DNA of 63,899 nt, the filler included, from Octopus bimaculoides (taxonomy: Eukaryota), in assembly GCF_001194135.2 (NCBI RefSeq). It is 6 parts of 5 records of this genome, joined end to end, with 100 filler letters (N's around TTAATTAATTAA, not from the genome) between each part and the next. Parts side by side here need not be neighbours in the genome. Positions count along the whole stretch, not along the records: positions 30,943 to 38,003 come from NC_068998.1; positions 38,104 to 44,920 come from NC_069002.1; positions 45,021 to 50,818 come from NC_068983.1; positions 50,919 to 62,403 come from NC_068983.1; 2 more parts are not named here. One strand, 5' to 3'. Below the pieces are notes generated by a model. The model saw nothing but the letters and a program-made list of their open reading frames with translations, did no database searches and was not told the origin of the DNA. The translations under genes were made by a program, and so were the position numbers. Below, in pieces: positions 37,776 through 51,673 of this stretch (position 1 is the first letter of the stretch; every line of letters starts with the position of its first letter).

Positions 37776-38103
37776 TATATATATATATATATATATCTCC
37801 ATGAAATTCAATTGAATTCAGTTTTTGTCTTAAATTCATACTTATTCATTTTCTAAGCTTCCTAAATTCATGCTACGTATATATTCTATTCACCTAGATT
37901 TCATTGCTCTTTTAAAAATTACGATTTATGCATTGTTGTCTCTCAAATATTTAAAATCTACGATTAAGAGCCCTATCTCCTGGCTGATGGTACACCCGCC
38001 CTCNNNNNNNNNNNNNNNNNNNNNNNNNNNNNNNNNNNNNNNNNNNNTTAATTAATTAANNNNNNNNNNNNNNNNNNNNNNNNNNNNNNNNNNNNNNNNN
38101 NNN

Positions 38104-38157
<54 letters not shown>

Positions 38158-39336
38158 ACGCGCAAAAGCACATACACACACACGCACGTTCACACACATA
38201 GCACAAAGGAATAGAAAGTTTTAATTATATTATTTCGTGTGGAATATTTTGCATCCTCTTAATATAATTCGGTCAGATGCACAGAACTATCACATCTTAG
38301 AATCCTAAGACACTTATACAGTAGAAATACAAATCGGAATTTAAGAGGATGGAAAAAAAATTCTAAATAAAACGATTTTAAATATGTATAATTCTCTATT
38401 ATATATATATATAGCTTCTTTGTGCCTCCTGCTGTGATCTGGTATCTCAGACGAAAATTTTTCCAGAAGGATCTTTGAAAACCTTTACATCTACACCTCG
38501 ATGATCTCTAAAATTGTTTTTATAGAATGTTCTATAGTTTTGGACCTATGAAATGTCAATTTTTTACATACTGAGTCTTTTTGCATACTGAAGTACATGA
38601 AAACAGTTATGAAACAGCAATAATAATATGGAGGTCACGTGCTAAAATAAATGTTTAACAACCTGACACAAGTCTAGATATTATAGATATTATAAATTAT
38701 AGCCACTGAAAACCACTACTCAGATGTTCTGGATTCTGAATTACACAGACATGTTACATTACACTGCATAATATGAAAATTGATCACTACATAGCCTGAT
38801 AGCCGATTCTGTGTGAAGAGCTTACTGTGTTCGCCAGATAAATTTCTGCGTCCATATTTTATACTACTCTTTTTTACAGACAAATGCACACAGATTAGAA
38901 TGAATATATAAAAACGCACGTACACACTCATATGTATAAGTGTGTATATGTGTGTGTGTGTGTGTATGTGTATGTATGTATTTATGTATATATATATATA
39001 TAGGCATACTTACATACAAATATATATATATATACACACAGACACCCCCCACCCCACCACCCCCACACATATATATATATATATATATATGTAAGAGGGA
39101 TCATTACCCCGTGGAATTATTGATCCCCTGTAAAGACATCGGAGCCTAAGTTTGAATCATTTGAGCACTACTGTCTTCCATACGAAAAATATCTGAATCT
39201 CATCTGTTGACTATATAAGCATATGCATGTATATAAGTTTATATATATGTGTGTGCGTGTGTGTGTGCGCGCGCGCGTAAGTCTGTCTGCTGGTCTGTCT
39301 GTATGTGTCTCTGTGCGCGTGTGAGTGTATGCACGC

Positions 39337-39389
<53 letters not shown>

Positions 39390-40300
39390 CAGGTTTGTAC
39401 ACATTTGTACCAACGATATACATTTATGAAAAAGAAAATACGTACAATACTCATTTCTTTTTATCAAAAATTTTAAAAGTAACGAGGTAGGTATTATTAT
39501 AGTTATGATAAATACCACGGTGGTGCACCAGCATGACCGCAGCCACTTGGCTGAAACACATAAATAAATAAATAAAAATGTGTTATGATAAATGGCACTG
39601 AAAACATAAAAAATGAAGCTAACTAATTTCATGTGCTAATAATGTTAATGAACTAAGTATTATAACATTGATGTGATACTTACAGTATACCTGCTTTTGC
39701 ACATACGCGCACACATACACACACATATGCACATAATCTAAATAAGAAAACAAAGAAAAGGTTAATCACATCGTTAATGCCCAGTTACAAACGTTTCTGT
39801 GCCATCTCTATTTCTAGCAACAATTCATGCAAACGTTCCGTGTGAAAAGCTTTGCGTGAATTGTAACTCCTCAATAAAGATATAATAAACACTGTCATCT
39901 TATTAGGTTTATTTTATACTCTTCGCTAAAGCCATACATTGTTTTCACCAACGTGACAACTGGATTTTCTACACCTGAAGAATACTTAGGACTACAGTTC
40001 AAGAGTGTAGATGTCGAAAGTTCGGTGGTTGGTGCTGGATTCGAAATACCTCATTTGTCTACACATCGAGGACCATAATATGTACATGCTTATATATATT
40101 TATAAATATACAATCATATACAATTATATACATTAGAGGCAGCTGACGAAGGATTTATTCCAAGTGGCTATCTGTTTTCCTCTGTGTTCGTTCCGTTGTC
40201 TGTAGTTCATTGTTCTAACGTCCTGTAACCTGATATGCATCTATATAAATATGTAGATGTAAGTATGTACATATATGTGTATACATGCATATATATTCTT

Positions 40301-40339
<39 letters not shown>

Positions 40340-40491
40340 GGATTAGCATTGAGTTGCAACTCAATGTTAATCCCTGTATATTTACGATGATAAATGATTT
40401 TACCGATAAAGGTTTTTTTCATACTGAACTACTTGGCAAAATTGTTAATTATTAATTCTATTACTAATTGACGATTCCCTGCCCTTATTCT

Positions 40492-40529
<38 letters not shown>

Positions 40530-40752
40530 AACATACATACACATATACAGAGGGAAATATGTACAAATATATTCATGCAATCTTTAACTAGCTTCATCTC
40601 GAGAGCTGCGGTCATGTTGGAGCATCACAGTGACTTTGTTTCACCTCTTCACCATTTGAAACACCACCGTGATACGTGGGATTTGATGAATACGGTGTTT
40701 TGATGCAGCGCTGCCCTCACCTGTGTATCCCGTCGTGAGGTAGTTTCATCCG

Positions 40753-40803
<51 letters not shown>

Positions 40804-40813
40804 NNNNNNNNNN

Positions 40814-40853
<40 letters not shown>

Positions 40854-40998
40854 TCAATCCAAACATGATGTATGTATATATGCCAAGTTGCACATATGCA
40901 TATGCATATACAATATATAAGAGAAACACAGAATGGATAGATAGATTCTTGATTAATCACAACGATCGTTTCGACCCATCATGCATCGAAATACATAA

Positions 40999-41031
<33 letters not shown>

Positions 41032-41161
41032 TATATGTCTGCGTGTGTATTTGTGTGTGTGTGTACATTCATTTGATATATATATGTGTGTGTGTGTGTT
41101 CATACATACATTCATACATAAATATTTACATATACGTATGTATATACACGTGTGTATATAT

Positions 41162-41195
<34 letters not shown>

Positions 41196-41370
41196 NNNNN
41201 NNNNNNNNNNNNNNNNNNNNNNNNNNNNNNNNNNNNNNNNNNNNNNNNNNNNNNNNNNNNNNNNNNNNNNNNNNNNNNNNNNNNNNNNNNNNNNNGGGTA
41301 CAGGACGTAGCAAAAAAACGTAGGCAAAATGATAAACGGAATACATATATATATATGTATGTATGTATGT

Positions 41371-41424
<54 letters not shown>

Positions 41425-42170
41425 GGATGGATGGATGGATGGATGGATGGATGGATGGATGGATGGATGGATGGATGGATGGATGGACTGACAGACCGAC
41501 AGATGCACACACACACACAGATTCCATTGCGAGACTAATAACCTGGTGGTAAGGCTCAATATACATATTCTTTAAAACGAATCATTAACCAAGTACACAG
41601 CGGTAATTAGAAAATAATGTGACAAAGAAATAAGCAACATGAAGTGCAACCTGAAGCTATCGGTGTTACTCAGACATTCGACTATGAGTCCACTTTGTCA
41701 TTTAGCAGAAACAGCCCGAAGCTAAGATAATCGTTTATTCCTTTGCCATAATATTTTCATTTATGCATATATTTATGCATGTGTGTGTATGTGTGTGCAT
41801 GCACGCACGTGTGTTTTTTGTGTGCATGCGCGCGATCGTGTGTTTTAATATTAATAATGATGAAAAATATGGCGGCTTGTACGTCCACAAAATTTATTTT
41901 ATAGTTACATACGACACGTTATAATGACATACACGAGTTTCCACCGCCACGGCTACTCTCAGTTGCAAATGCAACTTTGTAGTATTGTCGGTGCAGCTTC
42001 ATCAGGCAATCTTTACAGTCCAGCATGGAGCACACAATATTACCAATCGAAAGAATTCGCGGAGAATTCACAACTAACTGTGGACACTGATCGTTGTGTT
42101 CAGCCGTTGATTGGAACTCAACTGAGGGCTAATGCGGTATCCGCCCGGATAATATATTCTCTCAAACTAA

Positions 42171-42251
<81 letters not shown>

Positions 42252-42348
42252 GGCGGTGCATCAGCATGGCCGCAGCTCTAAGCTGAAACTATATAAAAGA
42301 TATAAAAGATACATATATATATATATATATATATATTGATAGATAGAT

Positions 42349-42399
<51 letters not shown>

Positions 42400-42746
42400 T
42401 ACATATACATACCTAAACACACACACACACACAGACACACATACACACAGACACACACACACACACACATATATATATACATATACACACATATAATTTA
42501 TATAAGGGCATTACTATACAATAATGCCTCAAGCATATATATATGTGTGTGTGTGTGTGAGTGTAAATATATGCATATATGTATATATATATATATATAC
42601 ATGTGTGTGCGTGTTTATATATATATATGTATTTGTATGTATAATTATACATACAGACATATATATATATATATATACATATATATACATATATACATAT
42701 AGAAACACACACACTCATATATGTACATACATATGTATATGTCTAT

Positions 42747-42799
<53 letters not shown>

Positions 42800-43644
42800 G
42801 ATATATGTATGTAAGTATGTATGTATATAATATGAGTGTGTGTGTGTGCGTGCGCGCGCGTATGTGTGTAAGAGAAATAAATGATAGAGACGGAAAATAG
42901 AGTACACGGAATCTCCGTATCAGTGTTTATTCAAACAGATTTAAAATCAAGAAACGGTCTCGTCATTCCTGTCCTGACCCTCTCGTCGATTTTGCTTGTA
43001 CTTTGTATAGAATTTATATCGACTGCTAGGTCGACAATTTCCATCATGTTGTAGAAATACAAGCGATTCGTGGGACATTTTTTTCTGTTGTTTCTAGCAG
43101 TCGAGCGACCATGTTGGGTCCATCTTAGTTTTGTGTACTTTTATATTCCGTTAGAATATGACACATCTTAATGTTGTGTTACAACTGGATGTGATGACAT
43201 TTATTTATTTAATCTTGGCAATGTCAATATTTTAGAAATAAATATTTTGGTTTTTCTCAACATGGAATTCCCGAAAAAAACATATATTTAGGAACATATG
43301 TGCTGCAACTTGGCCGGAGGCGCATGACTGAAACATGTCATAGAATGAAAAGCTATTCGTAATTTTCAAAATAAAGGAAGTATATTTTTATATATGAATA
43401 AGCAATTTTTGCTTTATTAGTTTTAATAAAATTAGATCGGTGGGGGAGGGGCCTTGAGAATTAGGTTTAGGCGCCGTGATATTTTGAGAAATTGTATAAA
43501 AGTTTCCACTGCAAAATTACTTTGGGAATCCCTGATGTCTTCAACTTCCATTTCTAAGGATTTAAGTAAAAATCCAAAGGATTAGCAAAGTATAATCGAC
43601 TAACACCTTCTCTTGAAATTATTAGCATTGTGCCAAATCTTGAA

Positions 43645-43734
<90 letters not shown>

Positions 43735-43874
43735 TCTGAGTACCAGTGAAATTCTGCGGCAAATTTAATCGATATTCCCTCATTATGGCATATTTCTGGA
43801 ATATTATTTACAATCAGTACTTTACTTTAATATCGGTCATGTCGTGAAAATTATATTCATGTGCGTGCGCGAGT

Positions 43875-43911
<37 letters not shown>

Positions 43912-45020
43912 TATACAGGTGAGTGTGTGCGTGAGTGTGAAGAATGATATAAGTCAAAGTAATACATAAAGCACACAATACATACATACACACATATACG
44001 TACACTCACAGTTATGCATACATACGTACATACATATATACATATATATATATTATATGTATGCATATATATACAAACATACATCACATCACGTATACAA
44101 GTANNNNNNNNNNTATATATATATATATACATATATATATATTATATGTATGCATATATATACAAACATACATCACATCACGTATACAAGTATAAAGCAT
44201 ACACATAGATGAAAGATAAGAATGATAGATACATAAATATGAACGTAATTACATATATACCTACGTGACTACATAGGCACACACATATATTCGCACGTAT
44301 GCACACGCTATATACACACACATACGCATGCATAACACTTGTCAGACATACACGTATACATATATACATAAATACACGCATGCATACATATATGGACTCA
44401 TACGCATATACATAGAAGTACTTACTTCAGCATTTTTTACTAAACATTGCAGTACAACGAATGCTTCCACGTAATCCAGCATAGGTACGTACGTTCCATA
44501 AGGTTATCAAACAAGGATATATAGGTATTTGGGTGGGGTTGGGGTGTTGTATGTATGTTGTAGATATGTATGAATATATGATTGTTAGTGCGTATGTATA
44601 ATTTGTATATATATTTGTATATATATATATATGTATATGTATGTGTGTTTGTGTGTGTTTATACTTATATGTAATTGGAAATCTATTTGAATTTGTGGTG
44701 TTAACAAACTTGTAATTCTAATAATGGTGAATTAATTGTCAAGGCTTGAGGGGAGGGTTTTGAACAAACTTTTCTGTTAGTAGTTCTTTCGCAGCGCTTT
44801 CAACTTTGGAAAATAAGATGAAGGCGATGTAAATATGTGTGTGCGCGCGCGTCTATGTGTATATATATATATATATGTCTATGTATGTGTGTATGTGTGT
44901 GCGTATGTATGTATGTATGTNNNNNNNNNNNNNNNNNNNNNNNNNNNNNNNNNNNNNNNNNNNNTTAATTAATTAANNNNNNNNNNNNNNNNNNNNNNNN
45001 NNNNNNNNNNNNNNNNNNNN

Positions 45021-45063
<43 letters not shown>

Positions 45064-45073
45064 CATACACACC

Positions 45074-46344
45074 CACGAGGGGTATTCTTTAAATATTCCT
45101 TCTGACCCACTTCCGGTTATTGGAAGAAACGCAACTTGTACAGGTATAAGCATATATGTCTCTACATGTCACATTGTAAATTGCAGCTTCCCACATGTAT
45201 TTGTTTGTCTTTTAAGGCTGCTGAAGTGGACTAATAGAGGTAGTTGTATGCAGATCAGTAATCAGGTTCTTATACTTGAAAGGTCGTCCACCAAAGAAGA
45301 CTTTCGATGAGATGAAAGAAGTTTATGGTAACGATGTACCATCATACAACGATGTCAAGCACTGGCTTCGCCAGTTCAGTTGTGCTTGGACATTGGTAGA
45401 AACTGCTCCTATCCCTGGACGACCACGCTCTGCCCTTAATGACGACACCACCCATAAAGTTGAAGCTGCCATTTTGGAGGATCGCCGCATTCGACAACTA
45501 ACCCAAGAAGTGAAGATAAGTGTAAGGTCTGTGGAAAAAATCATTCACGACGATTTGGCCGTGCGAAAGTTGTCTGCACGATGGATTCTCCGGATGCTCA
45601 CATCTTTTCAGAAGCAGGAATGAGTCAATTGCTCCCAGGCACTTTTGGCAATGTTCCAAGAAAACGAGGAGGACTTTTCGGCAGACTTATCACACAGGAT
45701 GAAACATGGGTCCATCACTATGCTCCTGAAACTAAAGTCCAGTCGATGCAACAGAAATATGTTAACTCACCACCTCCAAGGAAGGCTCGTGTCCAACCCT
45801 CAGCAGGTAAGGTGATGCTCAGTCTTTTGGGACCAGCATGGAGTTGTGATGGTGGATCATCTAGCAAAGGGCACCACAATTAACAGGGCATATTATGCTT
45901 CTCTACTGCAAAACTTGCAGGGCGCCATCAAAGCAGAGAGGCGCGGCATGCTGACCAAAAGAGTCCGCCTCCTCCAAAACAACACCCCAGTTCACAATAC
46001 GCATGTTGCCCAGATTAAAGCACACTACCACGGCTATGAAATCCTTCCTCATCCCCCTTACTCTCCCGAATTTGCACCAGCTGACTTGCACCTCTTTCCA
46101 GCCATGAAGTCTTTTTTGAGAGGGAAGCACTTTTCGGATGCTGAATTTATTTCTCAGGTAAAGTTTTGGCTCCAAACGCAACCTACCAACTTCTACAGAC
46201 GAAGTCTTCACAGCTGCATAAAGCGATGGGAGAAGTGTATCATAATTAGTGGTGGATATGTTAAGAAGGACTAATAATTATTCCAAGTTTCATTCATTCC
46301 AGTCCTTGAGAAGTGGACCAGGGGAAATCTTTAATGATTTCGTG
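45074..46344 (+). mobile_element. mariner (DD34D-type, irritans/Himar-like) transposon, near full length
   Basis: TIR-like ends CACGAGGGGTATTCTTTAAATATTCCTTCTGACCCACTTC and GAAGTGGACCAGGGGAAATCTTTAATGATTTCGTG. ORFs 45276-46274 give GRP, RKLSARWI.RML, ITQDETWVHHY.PETK.QS, LLQNNTPVH and HPPYSPEFAPADLHLF, with one stop and at least one frameshift. Confidence 0.92.
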
Positions 46345-46587
46345 NNNNNNNNNNNNNNNNNNNNNNNNNNNNNNNNNNNNNNNNNNNNNNNNNNNNNNNN
46401 NNNNNNNNNNNNNNNNNNNNNNNNNNNNNNNNNNNNNNNNNNNNNNNNNNNNNNNNNNNNNNNNNNNNNNNNNNNNNNNNNNNNNNNNNNNNNNNNNNNN
46501 NNNNNNNNNNNNNNNNNNNNNNNNNNNNNNNNNNNNNNNNNNNNNNNNNNNNNNNNNNNNNNNNNNNNNNNNNNNNNNNNNNNNNNN

Positions 46588-46657
<70 letters not shown>

Positions 46658-47331
46658 GGTATATGTGCGTGTATACACACGTGCAGCATAAATTGACACA
46701 ATTTACTCTGTATAGCAGATGTTGTTGAATATTCTGGTGAAATATACCAATGAGAATTAATTATCATTATTTCACTAATTGTGCACTGTTACAATGCAAT
46801 ACACTGTCTTTCTGTTTCTATTGTTAATCTCGTAAAATATCGACTATTTGTCGCTACCTAATAATTTAGATAATTAGCAACTGAATATCGGGTTGAATTA
46901 ATAATCAAAATGATCAATTTATATGTATGGAAGATCAATAATGACACCAAAACTCAAGGACGTCGAAACACGTTTTGTTTCCCGGCGGCATGTTAATGAA
47001 GAATACAAAAATTTATAGACTGATATATTGTTTCCATACGTTCGAGTGCAATCGTTTGGATTGTACTGATATTGGCAGTATTTTGAATAAATAATCATGC
47101 TGATTTCGTTCGAGTCAAAGACACAACAGCATGGATACTTAGCCATGCAATATTGGGTGAATAGACTGATCAGGGAAAACTGGAGTTTGTGATATTTATG
47201 CCTTTTCCTAGCTGTTAGTAAAACATCTCTGAACAAAACTTTGCGTCACAGGTTCGCTTTTCTATTTGTGACCTCAAATATACATAAACACGCGCGCGCG
47301 CATGCACGTACGCACATCCGCACATGTATAT

Positions 47332-47367
<36 letters not shown>

Positions 47368-47526
47368 ACACACACAAACACACACACACACACACACAAG
47401 CACGCACGCACACACAGACAGCCATGTGCACACACAGGTACACACACAAACACACACACATAATACATACATACAATCATACATACAGTGCCCGTAGCCT
47501 TCGAAGTCCTTCCTAGAGCGGTGAGA

Positions 47527-47985
47527 CTGTCGCCATTAATGTTTCTCTTGAATCTTTATTAGTCAATACCTACTGAAAAGACATTGTCAGGAAGGGAATT
47601 CTCAAGGGCCGACAGCCTGAAAGGGAAGGATTGGGCTTAAGGATTAGTGCAGGTCTGGGTAGTGGGTGGAGAGACGAATAAAACGGAATAACTGGGTGGA
47701 GGTAACATTAGTCCGATCAGCTCCAAGGAGCTGAGACAATACGCAGTAGGAAAGTAAAGAGACATCGCTGATGTGGGCCAAAGACTGGAGCGTGTCAGTG
47801 AGTTATTTTATTCCAATCAGTCAGGTGACCTTTTCTAGATGCGGTCTAAAATGTCTGTGTACTGAGGAGAGACATCGTCCGGTATGCGAATTTTTTCCCA
47901 CGATAGTTCGGGACCCCGGTTATGAACTCATTTGTATACAGCCAATTAGAGCTCAACTATCAAATTAATTTATGTACGTATAACA
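47527..47985 (-). mobile_element. LTR retrotransposon 5' LTR plus PBS relic
   Basis: Minus strand runs TGTTATAC…CCAAT/octamer-like block…AATAAA…GAGAAACA (47540), then TTAA and PBS-like TGGCGACAG (47527-47535). Confidence 0.65.
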
Positions 47986-48230
47986 AGTGATGGGCGAGAA
48001 CATAAGCTCACTTGGGTAAGGAATGACCACGCGACTTTACTCTGTTAATAATGCTTGTTGTTCTTGTTCTTGTTGCCATAGCTGCCTCTGCGTAGTTATT
48101 TGTGTTGTTGTTTACTTTGTAAAGCAGTAAGAGGAGAGGGTTGCTAGTACATCACTCTCTACCCTCATTTTTACCATATGGGACCCTAACAAAACCTGAT
48201 AATAAGTTTAAATGCAAATCTATCTAATTT

Positions 48231-48472
48231 TTGGGTTGGTGCATAATTATTGCGGCTTTTTTTCCAACAGATTTTATTCAACAAAAACAATAACATGAAA
48301 CAAAACATCTTTAAATGATTATTCCAGAGCATATTCACCATCTACTTCAATTACTGCTTCCCATTTGCTTGGCAGACGGTCAGACCGCCATTTAAAGATG
48401 TTTTTGTTAAATATTGTTATTGTTTTTATTGAATAAGTTGAAAAAAGCCGCAATAATTATGCACCAACCCAA
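48231..48472. mobile_element. mariner (Hsmar1/MADE-like) MITE
   Basis: Near-perfect TIRs TTGGGTTGGTGCATAATTATTGCGGCTTTTTT and AAAAAAGCCGCAATAATTATGCACCAACCCAA-TA. Confidence 0.9.
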
Positions 48473-48675
48473 TACTTGTCTCCTAAAATCAGGCATAACA
48501 TCGTTCTTCGTCGAGTTTACTTGATAGAGTGTGTTTGTTAACTTGACAAGGTCAAGGTGAGCTTTGATTGGCTGTATGCAAATGAGTTCATGACTGGGGT
48601 CCGGAACTTTCGTGGGAAAAAATTTCGCGTCCTGTATGTGAGAACAATACTTCATCACAGGTTTCACGTGAGCTT

Positions 48676-49370
48676 TGTAGAGCATCATTAAGAAGAGAAG
48701 AGTCAGTCGTCAGGATGTTGTCTTAGCTATGTTAAAGATGTGCTTCACCAGAGTTCTTTCGCGAAAGTGAGGCCTGACATTTAAAAGGATATGAATAGGA
48801 AACATTATGTAGAGGTGACTCGAAACCCAAACCGCTAGATAACCGGTCAGGCACCACGACCGAATCACAGTGGTTTCACGGGATCTATCTGTTAAGCAAC
48901 CAATCAGCGTCAAGCCGTGGAATGAGTCAAAATATTCTAGAATCTTCTTGTTCTCTATAAATACCTGTTTCGGCGCCTAAACTCTTTGTAGAATGTTGAA
49001 GCAGCTGAGCGACATACGTCTCCATTCTTGCCAGGCAGACAGCTCACGCAGACGGCCTAGGACAAACAACCAAGAACCTCCGTCACGACGAAGATAGCGT
49101 AGCTGATTTCAGATACGTTAGGCCAACTGTATGTTGCCGTACCAATAGCTTTCTGTAATTTCAGAGTAGTGTCTCTCTCCCAGTCTGTAAATATCTCTGT
49201 TGTTAACTGTAAATGGCCAACGCAGTTTGTACGTGCGACAATAAATACATCAGTTAAAAGTTCACAGATGTTGTTCAGTTACTTTTACACGCAGCCAAGA
49301 AACATATTTTCAACTACTCATTCAGCCACGGCACGGTAAACAACCAGTCATCATAGCTACATTGGTGACA
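48676..49370 (+). mobile_element. Second LTR plus PBS relic
   Basis: TGTAG… start (uncertain), CCAAT, TATAAA (about 48957), AATAAA (about 49240), …AGCTACA end (49361), then T and PBS-like TGGTGACA. Confidence 0.55.
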
Positions 49371-50150
49371 CAGCCAGCTACAACCCGCAGCAATTCAAAT
49401 ATAAAAACAGAAACTTAAGTAAAGTGCACATTATATTAATTTCAGAAACTATTTTTCATTAATTATTGTTGCATTCCTAGAAATTGTTTTAGAATCATTA
49501 GCCGTCATTGTTGTTGGAATGGAGTGCGAGACAATGCCGCAGAGTTCGACTTTGTTTTTCATCCGAAGTTAGTCGATAAAATAGATACAAATAAAGAACT
49601 GAAGTTGATTAAATCGATTATATCTTTCCTGATGTCAAAATAAATAAAAAATCATTATTGTGACTACTATCGCGGAGAAAAATATATGATTCTGGTCAGT
49701 CGAAATTGCAACATCGTTTCAAATCCTGATTGAAAGCCTTTTCATTTCATTTATGCTGCTAATATCCTTTCAGATGGGCATGAACTCTACAACCTCACTT
49801 TGCCTTCTATAAAATATAAAGACTTTAGGACCGTCCAGATAAAGAGAGAAAAAACATCACATTTTTAGTTGAGATAGCAGGGTATCGGACAAAGTGCATT
49901 AGAATTAGTTTTGTTATCAGTAATCAACTGCAATTGACTCTGTAACAACTTCCATTTCTTACATAAATCATCATCATCTATTTATTTATTTACTCATTCA
50001 TTCATTCATTCATTTATTTCGGTTCCATTATCCATCATTGCATCTTGTAAAAACTGCGACGACCTTGTTGGTAGAACGAGCCAATAAAGGTGACCTTAGA
50101 ATGGTCGAAAATATTAGCATGGAATCTCGGAAAACTCTGTGATAGCTTTA

Positions 50151-50205
<55 letters not shown>

Positions 50206-50506
50206 NNNNNNNNNNNNNNNNNNNNNNNNNNNNNNNNNNNNNNNNNNNNNNNNNNNNNNNNNNNNNNNNNNNNNNNNNNNNNNNNNNNNNNNNNNNNNNN
50301 NNNNNNNNNNNNNNNNNNNNNNNNNNNNNNNNNNNNNNNNNNNNNNNNNNNNNNNNNNNNNNNNNNNNNNNNNNNNNNNNNNNNNNNNNNNNNNNNNNNN
50401 NNNNNNNNNNGAAGAAGAAGAAGAAGAAGAAGAAGAAGAAGAAGAAGAAGAAGAAGAAGAAGAAGAAGAAGAAGAAGAAGAAGAAGAAGAAGAAGAAGAA
50501 GAAGAA

Positions 50507-50537
<31 letters not shown>

Positions 50538-50722
50538 GTGATGATGATTAGCAATGATGATAACGACAACAATAATAGCATCCAACTACAGCGTCTATAC
50601 TGAAATTATCAATATAACATCATACTACCACCATCGCCACCACAACCGTCAAAATAGCCCCGTGACGATGGAAAAGAGTCTCATTCAGTAAGATTTCCTT
50701 CCTCTCACTCTCTCTTCACCCC

Positions 50723-50763
<41 letters not shown>

Positions 50764-51166
50764 ATATACATATAATATATATACACAGACCGATAGCTAG
50801 CTAGCTAAATAGATATATNNNNNNNNNNNNNNNNNNNNNNNNNNNNNNNNNNNNNNNNNNNNTTAATTAATTAANNNNNNNNNNNNNNNNNNNNNNNNNN
50901 NNNNNNNNNNNNNNNNNNTATATATATTGTGCATACAGTTAGATATATGGCTAACTACTACTATATAAGTTAAAGCTCCATGTCTACTATCATTATCCAA
51001 TGAGTTTCCAGTATAGATGTTAGTCTTCCACTCTGCTTAGTAGTATTACTAGTTATGCTGTACAGAGCACATGGACTAATAATTTATACTTGTTTTTATC
51101 TTAGTTTTCCCTTTTCTATTTAAACATACACATACAGTCCCCCAGGTACATTACATAATAAAGTTA

Positions 51167-51232
<66 letters not shown>

Positions 51233-51560
51233 GCTATATATATATCTATATATATATACTGGTATTCTTGGGGCATCAGTCTGTTAAAGTCTGTCATATC
51301 GGCCATGATGAAATACCACAAGGTATAGAAAATACGTATTCGCCTTTATACATTTAATCCTTTATATTGAACACTCAATATTTCATCTATTCAATAAGAC
51401 ATATTCCATATATTCAATAAGACATTCAATACTTTATTTCATTGTACCATCCATTTTTATTTTATTTTATATTGTTTATTCCATATTCTATATGCCACAT
51501 TGGTTTTGCAGGAATATAAATAAAACATAAAAAACAGACAGTGTTGGAACTCTTTTAAAC

Positions 51561-51673
<113 letters not shown>

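Noticed and set aside
44040-44200. Direct repeat on both sides of a 10-N gap
   Set aside because: Typical unmerged contig overlap; assembly artefact.
49774-49868. Good branch point and acceptor (CTAAT…CTTTCAG) followed by an open frame GHELYNLTLPSIKYKDFRT
   Set aside because: The frame ends at about 49868 with no recognisable homology; not supportable as an exon.
50081-50090. Perfect CArG box CCAATAAAGG near a muscle gene
   Set aside because: Several are expected by chance in 64 kb of this composition, and it is 25 kb from the exon in a separate contig.
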